Part shown: in pieces, positions 1 to 9,538 of the stretch
How positions within the stretch are numbered: position 1 is the stretch's first letter
How the letters are laid out: each line of letters opens with the position of its first letter
Assembly (NCBI GenBank): GCA_965226375.1
Contig: CBDDCX010000007.1
Span: 416,001 to 480,000, forward strand
DNA: 64,000 nt
Direction: 5' to 3'
DNA from: Longimicrobiales bacterium
GTDB lineage: Bacteria > Gemmatimonadota > Gemmatimonadetes > Longimicrobiales > Gaopeijiaceae
Program-made: the position numbers and the translations under genes
Notes under the pieces: model-generated
Seen by the model: the letters and a program-made list of their open reading frames with translations, nothing else
Databases searched by the model: none
Told to the model about the DNA's origin: nothing

Positions 1-1014
1 CGGCTGGAACACTCCGAGGAATTACTTCGGGAGGCTGATGCGATCCACACCGAGCTCTACGGTGCGGACGGGGCCATCACAGACCGTGTCTCGCGGCTGC
101 TCGGCTCCCTCTCCCGCATGAAGGAATGGGATCCGTCGCTTCAGACCCGCCACGACGCTCTTGAGGAAGCCTATCACTCCTTGGCCGACGTGGGGCGTGA
201 GCTGGGTGATTACGCCGGTAACATCCTACACGACCCCGGCCGCCTGGAGGAAGTGCGGGAGCGACTAGACCTGATACACCGCTTGAAGCGCAAATACGGT
301 CCGGAACTGGCCGATGTGGTCGAGACGCGTGCGCGCTTGAGCGGTGAGTTGAACGAGCTCGAGGGAGCCGGATGGGATGAGGAGGCCCTTCAGCGGGAGG
401 TCGACGAGGCCGGTGCGTCTTTGGCGGACTCCGCTGAGGAGCTGACGGCCAGGCGACAGCAGGCTGCTCGTCGGCTCGAGACTGAGGTCGAGGCCCTTTT
501 GCCGGATCTGGGTCTCCCCGGTGCGACCTTCCAGGTGCCGCTCGAGGGCCTGCCCTCCGTGGGAAGACATGGAGCCGAACGGGTGGAGTTTCTCGTTTCG
601 GTCAACGCAGGATTCGCGCCCCTGGCCCTGGGCCAGGTGGCCAGCGGGGGTGAACTCTCGAGGGTCATGCTGGCCCTCAAGGCCATTCTGGCTCGGGTAG
701 ATGAGGTGCCGACTCTGGTTTTCGACGAGATCGATGCCGGCATCGGTGGCCAGGTAGCTACCCTGGTTGCCGCCAAGCTCAAGGAGGTCGCCCGGTACCA
801 TCAGGTGTTCGTAATCACCCACCTACCTCAGTTGGCCTCGCGCGCCCGCAGCCATCTTCTTGTCGAGAAGAGGGAACGGGATGGACTGGCGGCTACGAGC
901 GTCGATGCGCTGCAGGGCGAGGCGAGGGTGAGGGAGATCGCAAGAATGCTCGGAGGTGATCCGGAGTCGGAGACATCGCGCGTACATGCTCGCGAGCTCC
1001 TGGTGACCGGCTGA
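1..1014 (+). CDS. recN: DNA repair protein RecN, C-terminal part (frame open from window edge)
   Basis: Coiled-coil followed by ABC signature and Walker B (ASGGELSRVMLALK, LVFDEIDAGIGG, VITHLPQLA, EIARMLGG). Confidence 0.95.
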   Translation, partial: RLEHSEELLREADAIHTELYGADGAITDRVSRLLGSLSRMKEWDPSLQTRHDALEEAYHSLADVGRELGDYAGNILHDPGRLEEVRERLDLIHRLKRKYGPELADVVETRARLSGELNELEGAGWDEEALQREVDEAGASLADSAEELTARRQQAARRLETEVEALLPDLGLPGATFQVPLEGLPSVGRHGAERVEFLVSVNAGFAPLALGQVASGGELSRVMLALKAILARVDEVPTLVFDEIDAGIGGQVATLVAAKLKEVARYHQVFVITHLPQLASRARSHLLVEKRERDGLAATSVDALQGEARVREIARMLGGDPESETSRVHARELLVTG

Positions 1015-1023
1015 GTACAACTC

Positions 1024-2664
1024 TCAGTTCCAAATCCCTTTGAAGAACCGGAGCCCGAACTCGAAACGCTCGATCTTGGGGGTCAAGCCTCCGCTGCCCG
1101 AGACAGCCCTGCGAAAGAGAAAGCGTGCCTCCATCGGTCGACCTCGACCGCTCCGCACGGTGGAGTAGACCACCCCGATTCCGGTCTCGAGCACGTTCTG
1201 TTCGGTCTCCAATTCGAGTGGCCCGACATCGAATGGATTGGGCATGTTGTCGGCCGCGAGGGATTCGTAGGTGTCAGCCTTCTTGGAGTACGCCCGTACG
1301 TCTACAGCGACCGACATTTCCTCGGTGAGCTGGAAGCGGGGAGTCAAGCGGAGCTGGTAGTAGTTGCCGGGGGTCCAGCGGACCTCCTGGGTCGAGGCAA
1401 GAGTCGCGAAGACCCGGTTGGAGCCGGCGATGCGCTTCACCACGGTGGTCGCCCCGGCCACGCCATATCGTGCCTCCCCCCAGATCCCGAGACGCCCCCC
1501 GCTCAGCCCACCGAAAAAGCTCAGTTCTATGTCCTGTTGGCCGTCGCCGCTCCCCGTGTCCACGAAGTTGTCGGGCAGGTCGGTTTGCCCCGTACCAAGG
1601 CGCACCAGGCCACCCGCACCGACCAGAAAGCTCGTGCCTGAGCGCCGCTCGCCTGCCTCGTCTATGGGCGCGGAGGACCACAGCCGCACGTTGGCGTGGA
1701 CCTCTACGTCTCCAATTTCCCATGCACTGCGCCACGAGCTGAACGGAGCGCCGCCGACCCCGAACGCGGGATCCGTCACAAGGCCATCGTAGTCGTCCTC
1801 CGTGAGTAGCTGCGTGGCCACGGGGACGCGGGCCGGATAGGCGACCCCCAGCGTCTGGTGCGCGTCCATGAGCGTCTGGACGCGAGTTTGAAGGGCGGCC
1901 GCCGTTGGGGAGCCGTCCATGGGAAAGACCCCCTGGGACGCAAGCGCATCGAGAAGCGCCTGCCGAAATTCCTGCCCCTCCAGGAGCAGCGCAGAGGCCT
2001 CCACACAGCCCGATGCCGTGGGATCGGCGGAGCACAGCTCGTCCCGGATGCTCGTGAGATCCGCCTCGGCGCCGAACAGACCTCCCCAAAAGTCACTCAC
2101 GCCGCTGGGATCGCTGACCGATGGGGTAACCCCCGCGTTGGCTCCGTTTGCGTCGAAGCCCCAGGCCACCTCCGCCCGCCTGCGCGAGAACGGGACCATG
2201 CCTCCCACGCTCAGCCAGTCGAAAATCCCGACGTCGACGCGAAGCGGAAGAAAGACCACATCATGCGTAACCACCGCTCGGGTCGAGCCGATGATGAGGG
2301 GCTCCACCAGGCCACCTGTAGCCGTCGCCAGATCTTGCTCGAGGGCTTCCATTCCCGGAAACATTCTCGCGCCCACCGCCGTGTCGTTGAAGTCGAAGCC
2401 ACGAAGCTCTTCCTCTTCGATGAGCGTATCGTCCTCCAGTCGCTCCCCGAACCTCGTGTCCGAGTAGAGGTAGAGTGAACTGACCTCGAAGCGGAGTCGA
2501 CCCGGTGGGACGAGAGGCCCGGAGACCTCTTGCGCACCGGCCGATGCCGGCGTCACACCTGCGAGGAACGCCCAAAGGATGGACAGACCGAGAGCACCAA
2601 AAAAAGGGCGCTGTCGACCGGGTCCGAATTCTCCAATGGGACTGCGAACGACAGTCACCCTCAT
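1024..2664 (-). CDS. Hypothetical exported/outer-membrane protein
   Basis: Long ORF with signal-peptide-like segment (..ASAGAQ) and amphipathic beta-strand-like C-terminus; start chosen at the ATG after GAGGAG, uncertain. Confidence 0.7.
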   Translation of the reverse strand: MRVTVVRSPIGEFGPGRQRPFFGALGLSILWAFLAGVTPASAGAQEVSGPLVPPGRLRFEVSSLYLYSDTRFGERLEDDTLIEEEELRGFDFNDTAVGARMFPGMEALEQDLATATGGLVEPLIIGSTRAVVTHDVVFLPLRVDVGIFDWLSVGGMVPFSRRRAEVAWGFDANGANAGVTPSVSDPSGVSDFWGGLFGAEADLTSIRDELCSADPTASGCVEASALLLEGQEFRQALLDALASQGVFPMDGSPTAAALQTRVQTLMDAHQTLGVAYPARVPVATQLLTEDDYDGLVTDPAFGVGGAPFSSWRSAWEIGDVEVHANVRLWSSAPIDEAGERRSGTSFLVGAGGLVRLGTGQTDLPDNFVDTGSGDGQQDIELSFFGGLSGGRLGIWGEARYGVAGATTVVKRIAGSNRVFATLASTQEVRWTPGNYYQLRLTPRFQLTEEMSVAVDVRAYSKKADTYESLAADNMPNPFDVGPLELETEQNVLETGIGVVYSTVRSGRGRPMEARFLFRRAVSGSGGLTPKIERFEFGLRFFKGIWN

Positions 2665-2768
2665 GCGGTGCAAGCACTCCTCGATATGGTGTAACCTCGA
2701 CACGGGAACGGCCTCGAAGGGCACGGTCACAATGGGGCGACTCATTGGACAAGTCACCCCATGGGAAC

Positions 2769-2797
2769 TTGACACTTTTTGGCGCCATGTCTAGCTT
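2769..2797 (+). promoter_or_regulatory. Sigma70-type promoter for the tRNA pair
   Basis: TTGACA (2769-2774), 17-bp spacer, TAGCTT (2792-2797), about 70 nt upstream of tRNA-Gly. Confidence 0.6.
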
Positions 2798-2869
2798 TCG
2801 GCGCACAAATGAAGGGTGCTTTGGAAACGATCTCCGCGAGTGCGGGTAGTCCAAAGCACCTTTTTCCTT

Positions 2870-2942
<73 letters not shown>

Positions 2943-2946
2943 CTTG

Positions 2947-2990
2947 GAAAAGGGGCTTTCCGTCCACCGGACGTGGGCCCCTTTTCGTTT
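2947..2990 (+). terminator. Stem-loop between the two tRNAs (terminator-like or processing hairpin)
   Basis: GAAAAGGGGC/GCCCCTTTTC arms with inner CGTCC/GGACG stem and T-rich 3' side. Confidence 0.4.
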
Positions 2991-2991
2991 A

Positions 2992-3063
2992 GGCGCCGTA
3001 GCCAAGTGGTAAGGCAGTGGCCTGCAAAGCCTCTATTCCCCGGTTCGAATCCGGGCGGCGCCT
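2992..3063 (+). tRNA. tRNA-Cys (GCA)
   Basis: Acceptor stem GGCGCCG/CGGCGCC, anticodon GCA at 3024-3026, T-loop GGTTCGAATCC. Confidence 0.97.
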
Positions 3064-3272
3064 CTCCAATCGAAGACCTACCCGTCCAACGCCCGGGTTC
3101 GAACCGCTACGGTTCGAGCCGAGGCGCCGAACCGTGCTCCCGCAGTGCGGCCACCGTGTTCTCCGCCGAGACGACGTCGCGAAGCGACGTCAATCGGGGC
3201 GGCGCCCGCTCCCACCTCCTACCCAGGAGGCATGAAGCCCGACCGCTCCTCGCCCGGAGTCCATCAGCCATG

Positions 3273-4004
3273 TCAATCCCTGGGGCGGTACCGCAGGCCG
3301 ATCCCTGCGCCCCAATCCTTATGCTCTTCTCCGGGGAACCAGCTGCCGGCGATCAGCGCATCCAAGCTCTGGCTCAGCGGAAACTTCAACTCCCCGAAAG
3401 GACCCCCGTTATCCCCGTCCGACAGATCCAACGCTCGCCCGGCGGAGAATCCGAAGAAGCCGCTCGTACGCTCACCCCGAAATCCGAATCCTCCTCGGAG
3501 CAGACCTGTGGCACCTGGAATCGGGCTCGGTGCGAAGAAATCAGTCTGGAAGAAGCCCCCCTCTCGATCTCCAAAGCGCAGATACAGAGAAGCCACCGTC
3601 TGATTCCCGGGTATTCGAACTGGGCCTGCACCAAGACCGATCCAGCCACCCTCATAGGCTACCAAAGCCCCCGCGTACAGTCCCCCCTGTTCGGTGGGCT
3701 CCCCCGTCACCGAGGTCGCCCCACCGAATCCCGCCACTCGGAAGGGGGACTCCGCCGGCTCGAACTCGAGGAGGACTCCGCCCGTACGGACCGGCACCGG
3801 GCGTGAGGAGAGAAAATCACCGGAGCAGCTGCGTGTGACTACTTCATACTGTCCGGCGCTCGCACCTATCGAAACCTCGAGGCCACCTCTCCCATCTGCC
3901 TGGACGAGGACCGGCGGTGCGAACGCCCACAGCCCAATGACCGTCCGGCCACGCGTCCTTTTGAATACAGACGCGTTAGGCAGCCTGCTGTTCGACACTA
4001 ACAT
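3273..4004 (-). CDS. Hypothetical protein, possibly outer-membrane beta-barrel
   Basis: ATG preceded by AGGAGAGGAG; Gly/aromatic alternating strands, C-terminal GAGIGLRY. Confidence 0.6.
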   Translation of the reverse strand: MLVSNSRLPNASVFKRTRGRTVIGLWAFAPPVLVQADGRGGLEVSIGASAGQYEVVTRSCSGDFLSSRPVPVRTGGVLLEFEPAESPFRVAGFGGATSVTGEPTEQGGLYAGALVAYEGGWIGLGAGPVRIPGNQTVASLYLRFGDREGGFFQTDFFAPSPIPGATGLLRGGFGFRGERTSGFFGFSAGRALDLSDGDNGGPFGELKFPLSQSLDALIAGSWFPGEEHKDWGAGIGLRYRPRD

Positions 4005-4270
4005 GGTTGCTCCTCTCCTGGGTCACACGGAAAGTCCGGACCGCCCTCCAAGTCGGGCTGTCACCTCGGTGCAGCCCTAAGATGCCGATTCGGAGAGATG
4101 GATTCGTTACGTCGGATGACGTAGGGGACGCACCAGGACTACGTAGGTGCCAGCCTCACTCGAGAGCACCGGCTCGCGCACTTCTCTCGCGGTCCACAAC
4201 TTGATCCCGCAGTACATTTCCGAATCCCACGCGTTAGGTGGCCTGACTCACATTCTGCAGATCGAAATCC

Positions 4271-4834
4271 TTGACTCTTTTTGAGTATCTGGCGGTCTTC
4301 CTCTCGATCGTCTTGTCTTTCGGAGTGATTCGCCTCCTCGATGGGCTGCCGGCCGCGGTGAGGCCGAGGCGGGTGTATGCCCTACATGTCACCTGGCTCG
4401 TGGTGGTCCTTTGGCTCCACCTCCAGTATTGGTGGGTGTTTTGGTCATACAACACGGGGGTGACGTGGACCTATCCGGCTTTTTTGCTCGCCCTGGCGTC
4501 TCCGCTACTGCTCTATTCGCTGGCCATCACGCTCGTCCCTCGCGATTCAGACGGTGTCGAGTCTTGGCGGGACCATTTCTACCGTGTCCGTGCGCGCTTC
4601 TTCTACCTGTTGGCAGCATGGATCCTGACGGTCGGCCTGGCCAACTGGCTCGTCCTCGGCCAACCGTTGTTCAACCGACTGCGTCTGGGGCAAGGCACGT
4701 TCTTTCTGCTCTGCTTGGGTGGGGCGCTGTCCAAACGAACCTGGTTTCATACGGTTTTCGCCATCCTCATAGTGCTCTCGGGTTTCGTATTCGTGACCCG
4801 TACGTTCCTTCAACCGGCCCCGCTGGGTCTGTGA
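4271..4834 (+). CDS. Hypothetical integral membrane protein (about 6 TM)
   Basis: Multiple hydrophobic helices; N-terminus MTLFEYLAVFLSIVLS. Confidence 0.75.
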   Translation: MTLFEYLAVFLSIVLSFGVIRLLDGLPAAVRPRRVYALHVTWLVVVLWLHLQYWWVFWSYNTGVTWTYPAFLLALASPLLLYSLAITLVPRDSDGVESWRDHFYRVRARFFYLLAAWILTVGLANWLVLGQPLFNRLRLGQGTFFLLCLGGALSKRTWFHTVFAILIVLSGFVFVTRTFLQPAPLGL

Positions 4835-4864
4835 GGCTTCAGTCGGTGGCGGTGGGTGGAGGTT

Positions 4865-5332
4865 CTACCTTCGCTGTCGAGATGACCAGTGAATGGCCTT
4901 GATCTTCCAGGTCCCATTCTCTCGAGCCAACACCGCGAGCTCGGCACTCCGTGAATTGATTTCACGGTCGCCCATTCGGCCCTGAGTCACGCTGGTCGAG
5001 TGAGCCCAGGCGACATCACCGACAAGGCTCACTGTGATGTCTCCTCGTTCTCGGGGCACCGCCTGAGCGAAGCGCATGTCACCGGCGAGGTGTCCTGAAC
5101 GGTAGTGCTCCTTGTCTTCGACGCCACCGCTCTCGAGGATGACTACATCATCGGCGAGATGACTCAGAGCTGTGACGGAATCGCCGGCCGCGAGCGCCTC
5201 GTGAAACGCGCTGACGACTGCGGCTGCCTGACCTTCAGGACTAAGTTGACCCTCCGCGCCGGCGAACCCGGCGAGGGTAGCGATCAACACGATGTTCAGC
5301 GCGCTCACCGTACGGTAATGCTTGGTATCCAC
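4865..5332 (-). CDS. Secreted NTF2-like/SnoaL (DUF4440-type) protein
   Basis: Signal peptide, FHEALAAGD, C-terminal GTWKIKAIHWSS; GTG start with GGAGG upstream. Confidence 0.8.
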   Translation of the reverse strand: MDTKHYRTVSALNIVLIATLAGFAGAEGQLSPEGQAAAVVSAFHEALAAGDSVTALSHLADDVVILESGGVEDKEHYRSGHLAGDMRFAQAVPRERGDITVSLVGDVAWAHSTSVTQGRMGDREINSRSAELAVLARENGTWKIKAIHWSSRQRR

Positions 5333-5390
5333 AGGTTCGCCCTCCGCATGCAGTTGCAAGGAAACGGGTCTGGCTCTAGCCCAAGCGGCC

Positions 5391-6954
5391 TCATGGCTTG
5401 CGGGGGATCTTCTCATCCCGCATGGCAGCGTGATACGCGAAGCTCGCCACGACGCTTGCGTTGATCATGAGATCGCGGGGCAAGAGCTTGTCAAAGGTGT
5501 CCATATTGAAGTGGTGCGTCCTGGCCCGATAGTCGATCCGGTCCTGCAAGAACTGGAAGCCAGGTAGCCCCGCTTCATTAAACGAGAGGTGATCGGTCCC
5601 CCTGTTGCTGAACCGGGACAGGGTCTCCACCCCGAGATCGTTGAACGGCCTCATCCAAGCCTCGAAGATCGGTGCGACCAGTGGATGGCCTTGCTGGTGC
5701 ACCCCCCCGGAACTGGCCGGTACCGTTATCCATGTTGAAGTAGACCGAGAACTTGTCATGGTCCGCGGTGGTTCCATCCGTCGGGTTCCCGAAGTGGTTC
5801 TTCACGTAACCCCGAGAGCCCCTGAGGCCCCCCTCCTCGTGGCTCCACAGCAGCAGCCTAATGGTGCGTCGTGGATTCGCGTCGATGGCCTTGAGAATCC
5901 GCATGGCTTCGAGCATCACGGACACGCCGCTGGCGTTATCGGTCGCTCCGGTGCCTGAATGCCAAGAGTCCAGGTGTGCGCCGATGGCCACGACTTCGTC
6001 TGCAAGGTCACTTCCTGGAATCTCTCCGATGACGTTGTATCCCCGGGGGTCGCTCTCGTCGATGGACACCTGCACATCGACCTCCATGGTCACAGGAAGG
6101 CCACGCTCGAGGATTCTGTAGATCCGGTTGTAGTGCTCGGTCGCCACTGCCAGGGTGGGGAGGGCGTTTTCGATACCGGCGCGGGTTCGGGCGTTTCGAG
6201 TGGTCGAGTGCCCGGTCGTGGACACGGTGCCGTCGCTCCCGATGCTCGCCCTCAGCACGGCCGCGACGCCCTCGGACTTGTAGAACTCTTCGATCTCCGA
6301 CGCCGAGATACCTTCAGGCCGGAAGGTGCTCTGCTCCAATTGCCCGCGGGCATGCCCTTGGATCAGGAGGTCCCTACCTTCGGTCTCGAACACTTTCAGG
6401 GACTCATCCGTGTGCCTGAACGCGTCCTGGACCATCCGCGGACCCATGGGCATGAGAGGCGTCGCCAGGACGATCGCGCCTCGGAGGCGCCCACGATACT
6501 TGTTCAGGTCCGCTTCGCTTCGAATGTCCGCGAGCACGGCGCGCTCCACGACCTTACCGCCGGTTCCGGGAGTCAGGGCGAGAGGGTACGCGATCACCAT
6601 CTGGTAGTCGGGCTCGAGCATGTGCACCGACACGCGTTCGACGTCCCATCCGGCGGTTTCATCTCCCCACGCCTCCTTCTCGATTCCGGAGAGCCCGAGT
6701 TCGCGCATTCGGTCCACCGCCCAATCCTGAGCCTGTCGCATATTCGACGATCCGGTGAGACCTGGGCCGATCACGTCGGTCAGGTAGCCCGCGAAATCCA
6801 TGACCCGGGAGTTTTCGAACGCTTCCTGCCTGATAGCTTCCGCCACCTCCCAATGGATGGACTCCTGGCTCTGCGCAGGCGACACGCACGCCGATGTGAG
6901 GGCGATGGCGGCAGTGCAGAGCGAGGCGGAAGACGAAGGATGTACGAATCGCAT
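5391..6954 (-). pseudogene. M28-family (carboxypeptidase Q-like) lipoprotein peptidase, frameshifted
   Basis: GAHLDSW, GATDNASG, HEEGGL in one frame; TDHLSF and THHFNMDT in another; break at G7 run 5702-5708 (G6 restores GQFRGVHQQG). Confidence 0.85.
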
Positions 6955-7174
6955 GGAAGTAGCTCCAGTGAAGAACAGGTGAGTCGTCGAATATTTGGCT
7001 GAGGCTCGACACGGAGCAAGTAGCTGTCGAGGCCATGGGGAGCGGCATCAACTGTGGCGAATCGTGCCTCACCGACTAGCTTCTACCGCTCCCCTAGGAA
7101 AGGGGCCGACCACGCAAGGCTACTCGTAGGAGGCCCATGGCTTTCAGATCAGATTCACCGGGACCCGCCCTGGC

Positions 7175-9466
7175 GTGACCTCGAACGCCGAAGGTTCCAC
7201 CCCAGGAGCCCCCGCCTTCGCCCGAACCCTCGGGCTCTTCGACGCGACCATGATCGGAGTCGGTGCCATGATCGGCGCCGGTATCTTCGTGCTCACCGGC
7301 ATCGCCGCGGGCGTGTCCGGGCCGGCCTCCATCCTCGCGTTCGCCCTGAACGGAGCGGTGACCTTGCTCACCGCCTTCGCATACGCCGAGCTCGCCACGG
7401 CTATCCCGGAGGCCGGGGGCGGATACGCCTACGTACGCCGTGCCTTCCCCGGTGCCGTCGGGTTCACGGCGGGCTGGATGCTGTGGTTCGCCTATACAGT
7501 GGCATGCAGCCTCTACGCCCTCGGGTTCGCCGGCTACTTCTGGGAGTTCTTCATAAAGTACCTGCCCGGCCTCGCCGACGGTGTTTTCGGAGTCGTCGGA
7601 GAGAACGGGGCCATCCTCCTCGTCACACTTCTCGTGGGCGTGGTCTTCGTTCGGCTGAACGCGCGGGGAGCGGAGGTCACTGGGAAAGCCGAAAACGTCC
7701 TCACGGTCACCAAGCTATGCGTTCTCGCCATCTTCATCGTCTATGGGCTCCGGCGAGTCTTCGAGGAACCGGGACAAGCGGCGGCCAGCTTCAGTCCGTT
7801 CTTTCCGGAGGGAATGGGCGGCGTGATCGTCGCGATGGGTCTCACCTTCATCGCCTTCGAAGGATACGACCTGATCGCAACGGTCGCCGAGGAGATCAAG
7901 GAACCGGAGAAGAACATCCCGCGGGCGACGTTCATCTGCCTGGGCATCACGATGGTGATGTATCTCCTGATCCTGTTCGTGTCGCTTGCGGCGGTGAGGC
8001 CGCCGGACGGACGACCCTCATGGCAGTTAATGGGCGACTACGGAGAGACGGCCATCGTGCGGGCGGCCGAGGGGTTCATGCCGGCGTTCGGAGTGGCGAT
8101 CATCGTCTTCGGCGGATTGCTCTCCACCATGTCGGCGCTGAACGCAACGGTCCTGGCGTCATCACGGGTAGCCTTCTCCATGGGTCGGGATCGCCTTCTG
8201 CCGGTGTCCATGGCGACGATCCATCCGGAGCGCCGGACCCCGCACATCGCCATCATAGTCACCGGGGTGATCCTGTTGGCCATGGCGTTGACGCTGCCCA
8301 TCGAGGCGTTAGGCTCGGCGGCAAGCCTCATCTTTCTCCTGACCTTTGCCATGGTGAACCTCTCGGTGATCACCTTGCGGAGAAAAGCACCGGAGCTCCG
8401 GCGCCGCTACAAGGTTCCGTTCTATCCTGTCCTACCCATTCTCGGGATCGTTCTGAACCTGTACCTGGCGGTCTACCAGTTCACGTTCCAGCCGCTGGCT
8501 TGGTACGTGACCGGCGGGTGGATATTGATCGGTTTGTTCCTCTACTACAGCTACTTCGAGAAGCAGGCTGCTGGAATCCGTCCACAGATACTCGAGCCTC
8601 GGCGACCCGCCGAGCCGGTCGCACACGAGACGGTTGTGGTGCCCCTGCACAACCCAGACCACGTACCTGTCCTACTGGATTATGCCGAGCCCCTCGCTCG
8701 AGCACGCGGTCTCAGCACGACGGCCCTCTCGGTAGTCAACGTGCCCAGGCAGCTCCCCATTCACGAGGGGCTCCGCTTTGCCCATCATCGAGAAGCGCTG
8801 CTCAAGAAGGGCCGGGAGTACGCGGTGTCTAAAGGTGTGGAACTGGAGACCGACCTGGTGGTGGCCCACCATCCGCATGACGGGATCCTGGCGGGTGCCC
8901 GCCGGAGTGGAGCCGACCTGCTGGTCATGGGCTGGAAGGGGTTCACGGACACGAGTGATCGGATCTTCGGTGAGGTCGCCGACCAGGTGATCCGTAACGC
9001 TCCCTGTGACCTGGCACTGCTCAAGGTCGCCGACACGGAGTTGCCCAAGCGTTGCCTTTTCCCGACATCCGGGGGAGCCCACGCCCTTCTGGCGGCGGAG
9101 TTCCTCAACGTGCTCGCCCCCGCCTTCGACATGACCGTGACGGCGTGCCATATCGTGGCCCCTGACGCCTCCCTCGAGGAGCGGGCCGAGGCCGAGCGGT
9201 GGATCGACAAGACGTTGTCCCGTATGGGGCCCGATGTTCGAGTCGACCGACTCCTCATTGAAGGGAAGACCATCGCGGGCGGAATCGCCCGGGCTAGTAA
9301 GGACTTCGACTTGGTGGTGTTGGGCGCGGCGCGGGAGCCATTCTTTCGTCAGGTCCTTTTCGGTGAGATTCCCGAGAAGGTGGCCCGGTACTCACCGGCA
9401 TCGGTGCTGGTGGTAAAACAGTACGAGGGTCATGTTCGCTCGCTCTTCAAGCGAGTGTTTGGCTGA
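7175..9466 (+). CDS. APC-family amino acid permease fused to two universal-stress-protein domains
   Basis: GAMIGAGIF, EAGGGY, FEGYDLIATVAEE; C-terminal ADLLVMGW and FGEIPEKVARYSPASVLVV USP motifs. Confidence 0.9.
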   Translation: MTSNAEGSTPGAPAFARTLGLFDATMIGVGAMIGAGIFVLTGIAAGVSGPASILAFALNGAVTLLTAFAYAELATAIPEAGGGYAYVRRAFPGAVGFTAGWMLWFAYTVACSLYALGFAGYFWEFFIKYLPGLADGVFGVVGENGAILLVTLLVGVVFVRLNARGAEVTGKAENVLTVTKLCVLAIFIVYGLRRVFEEPGQAAASFSPFFPEGMGGVIVAMGLTFIAFEGYDLIATVAEEIKEPEKNIPRATFICLGITMVMYLLILFVSLAAVRPPDGRPSWQLMGDYGETAIVRAAEGFMPAFGVAIIVFGGLLSTMSALNATVLASSRVAFSMGRDRLLPVSMATIHPERRTPHIAIIVTGVILLAMALTLPIEALGSAASLIFLLTFAMVNLSVITLRRKAPELRRRYKVPFYPVLPILGIVLNLYLAVYQFTFQPLAWYVTGGWILIGLFLYYSYFEKQAAGIRPQILEPRRPAEPVAHETVVVPLHNPDHVPVLLDYAEPLARARGLSTTALSVVNVPRQLPIHEGLRFAHHREALLKKGREYAVSKGVELETDLVVAHHPHDGILAGARRSGADLLVMGWKGFTDTSDRIFGEVADQVIRNAPCDLALLKVADTELPKRCLFPTSGGAHALLAAEFLNVLAPAFDMTVTACHIVAPDASLEERAEAERWIDKTLSRMGPDVRVDRLLIEGKTIAGGIARASKDFDLVVLGAAREPFFRQVLFGEIPEKVARYSPASVLVVKQYEGHVRSLFKRVFG

Positions 9467-9538
9467 TCGGGTGCGGTACTCCACCGTTCGTCCCGACCGC
9501 TCGAGTGGGCCGCGAGCGACACGCCTAGGTCGCGTCCG

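Noticed and set aside
2992..7000. Genomic island integrated at tRNA-Cys
   Set aside because: No integrase and no duplicated tRNA 3' end seen; the GGTTCGAACC hairpin at 3096-3120 is only a palindrome.
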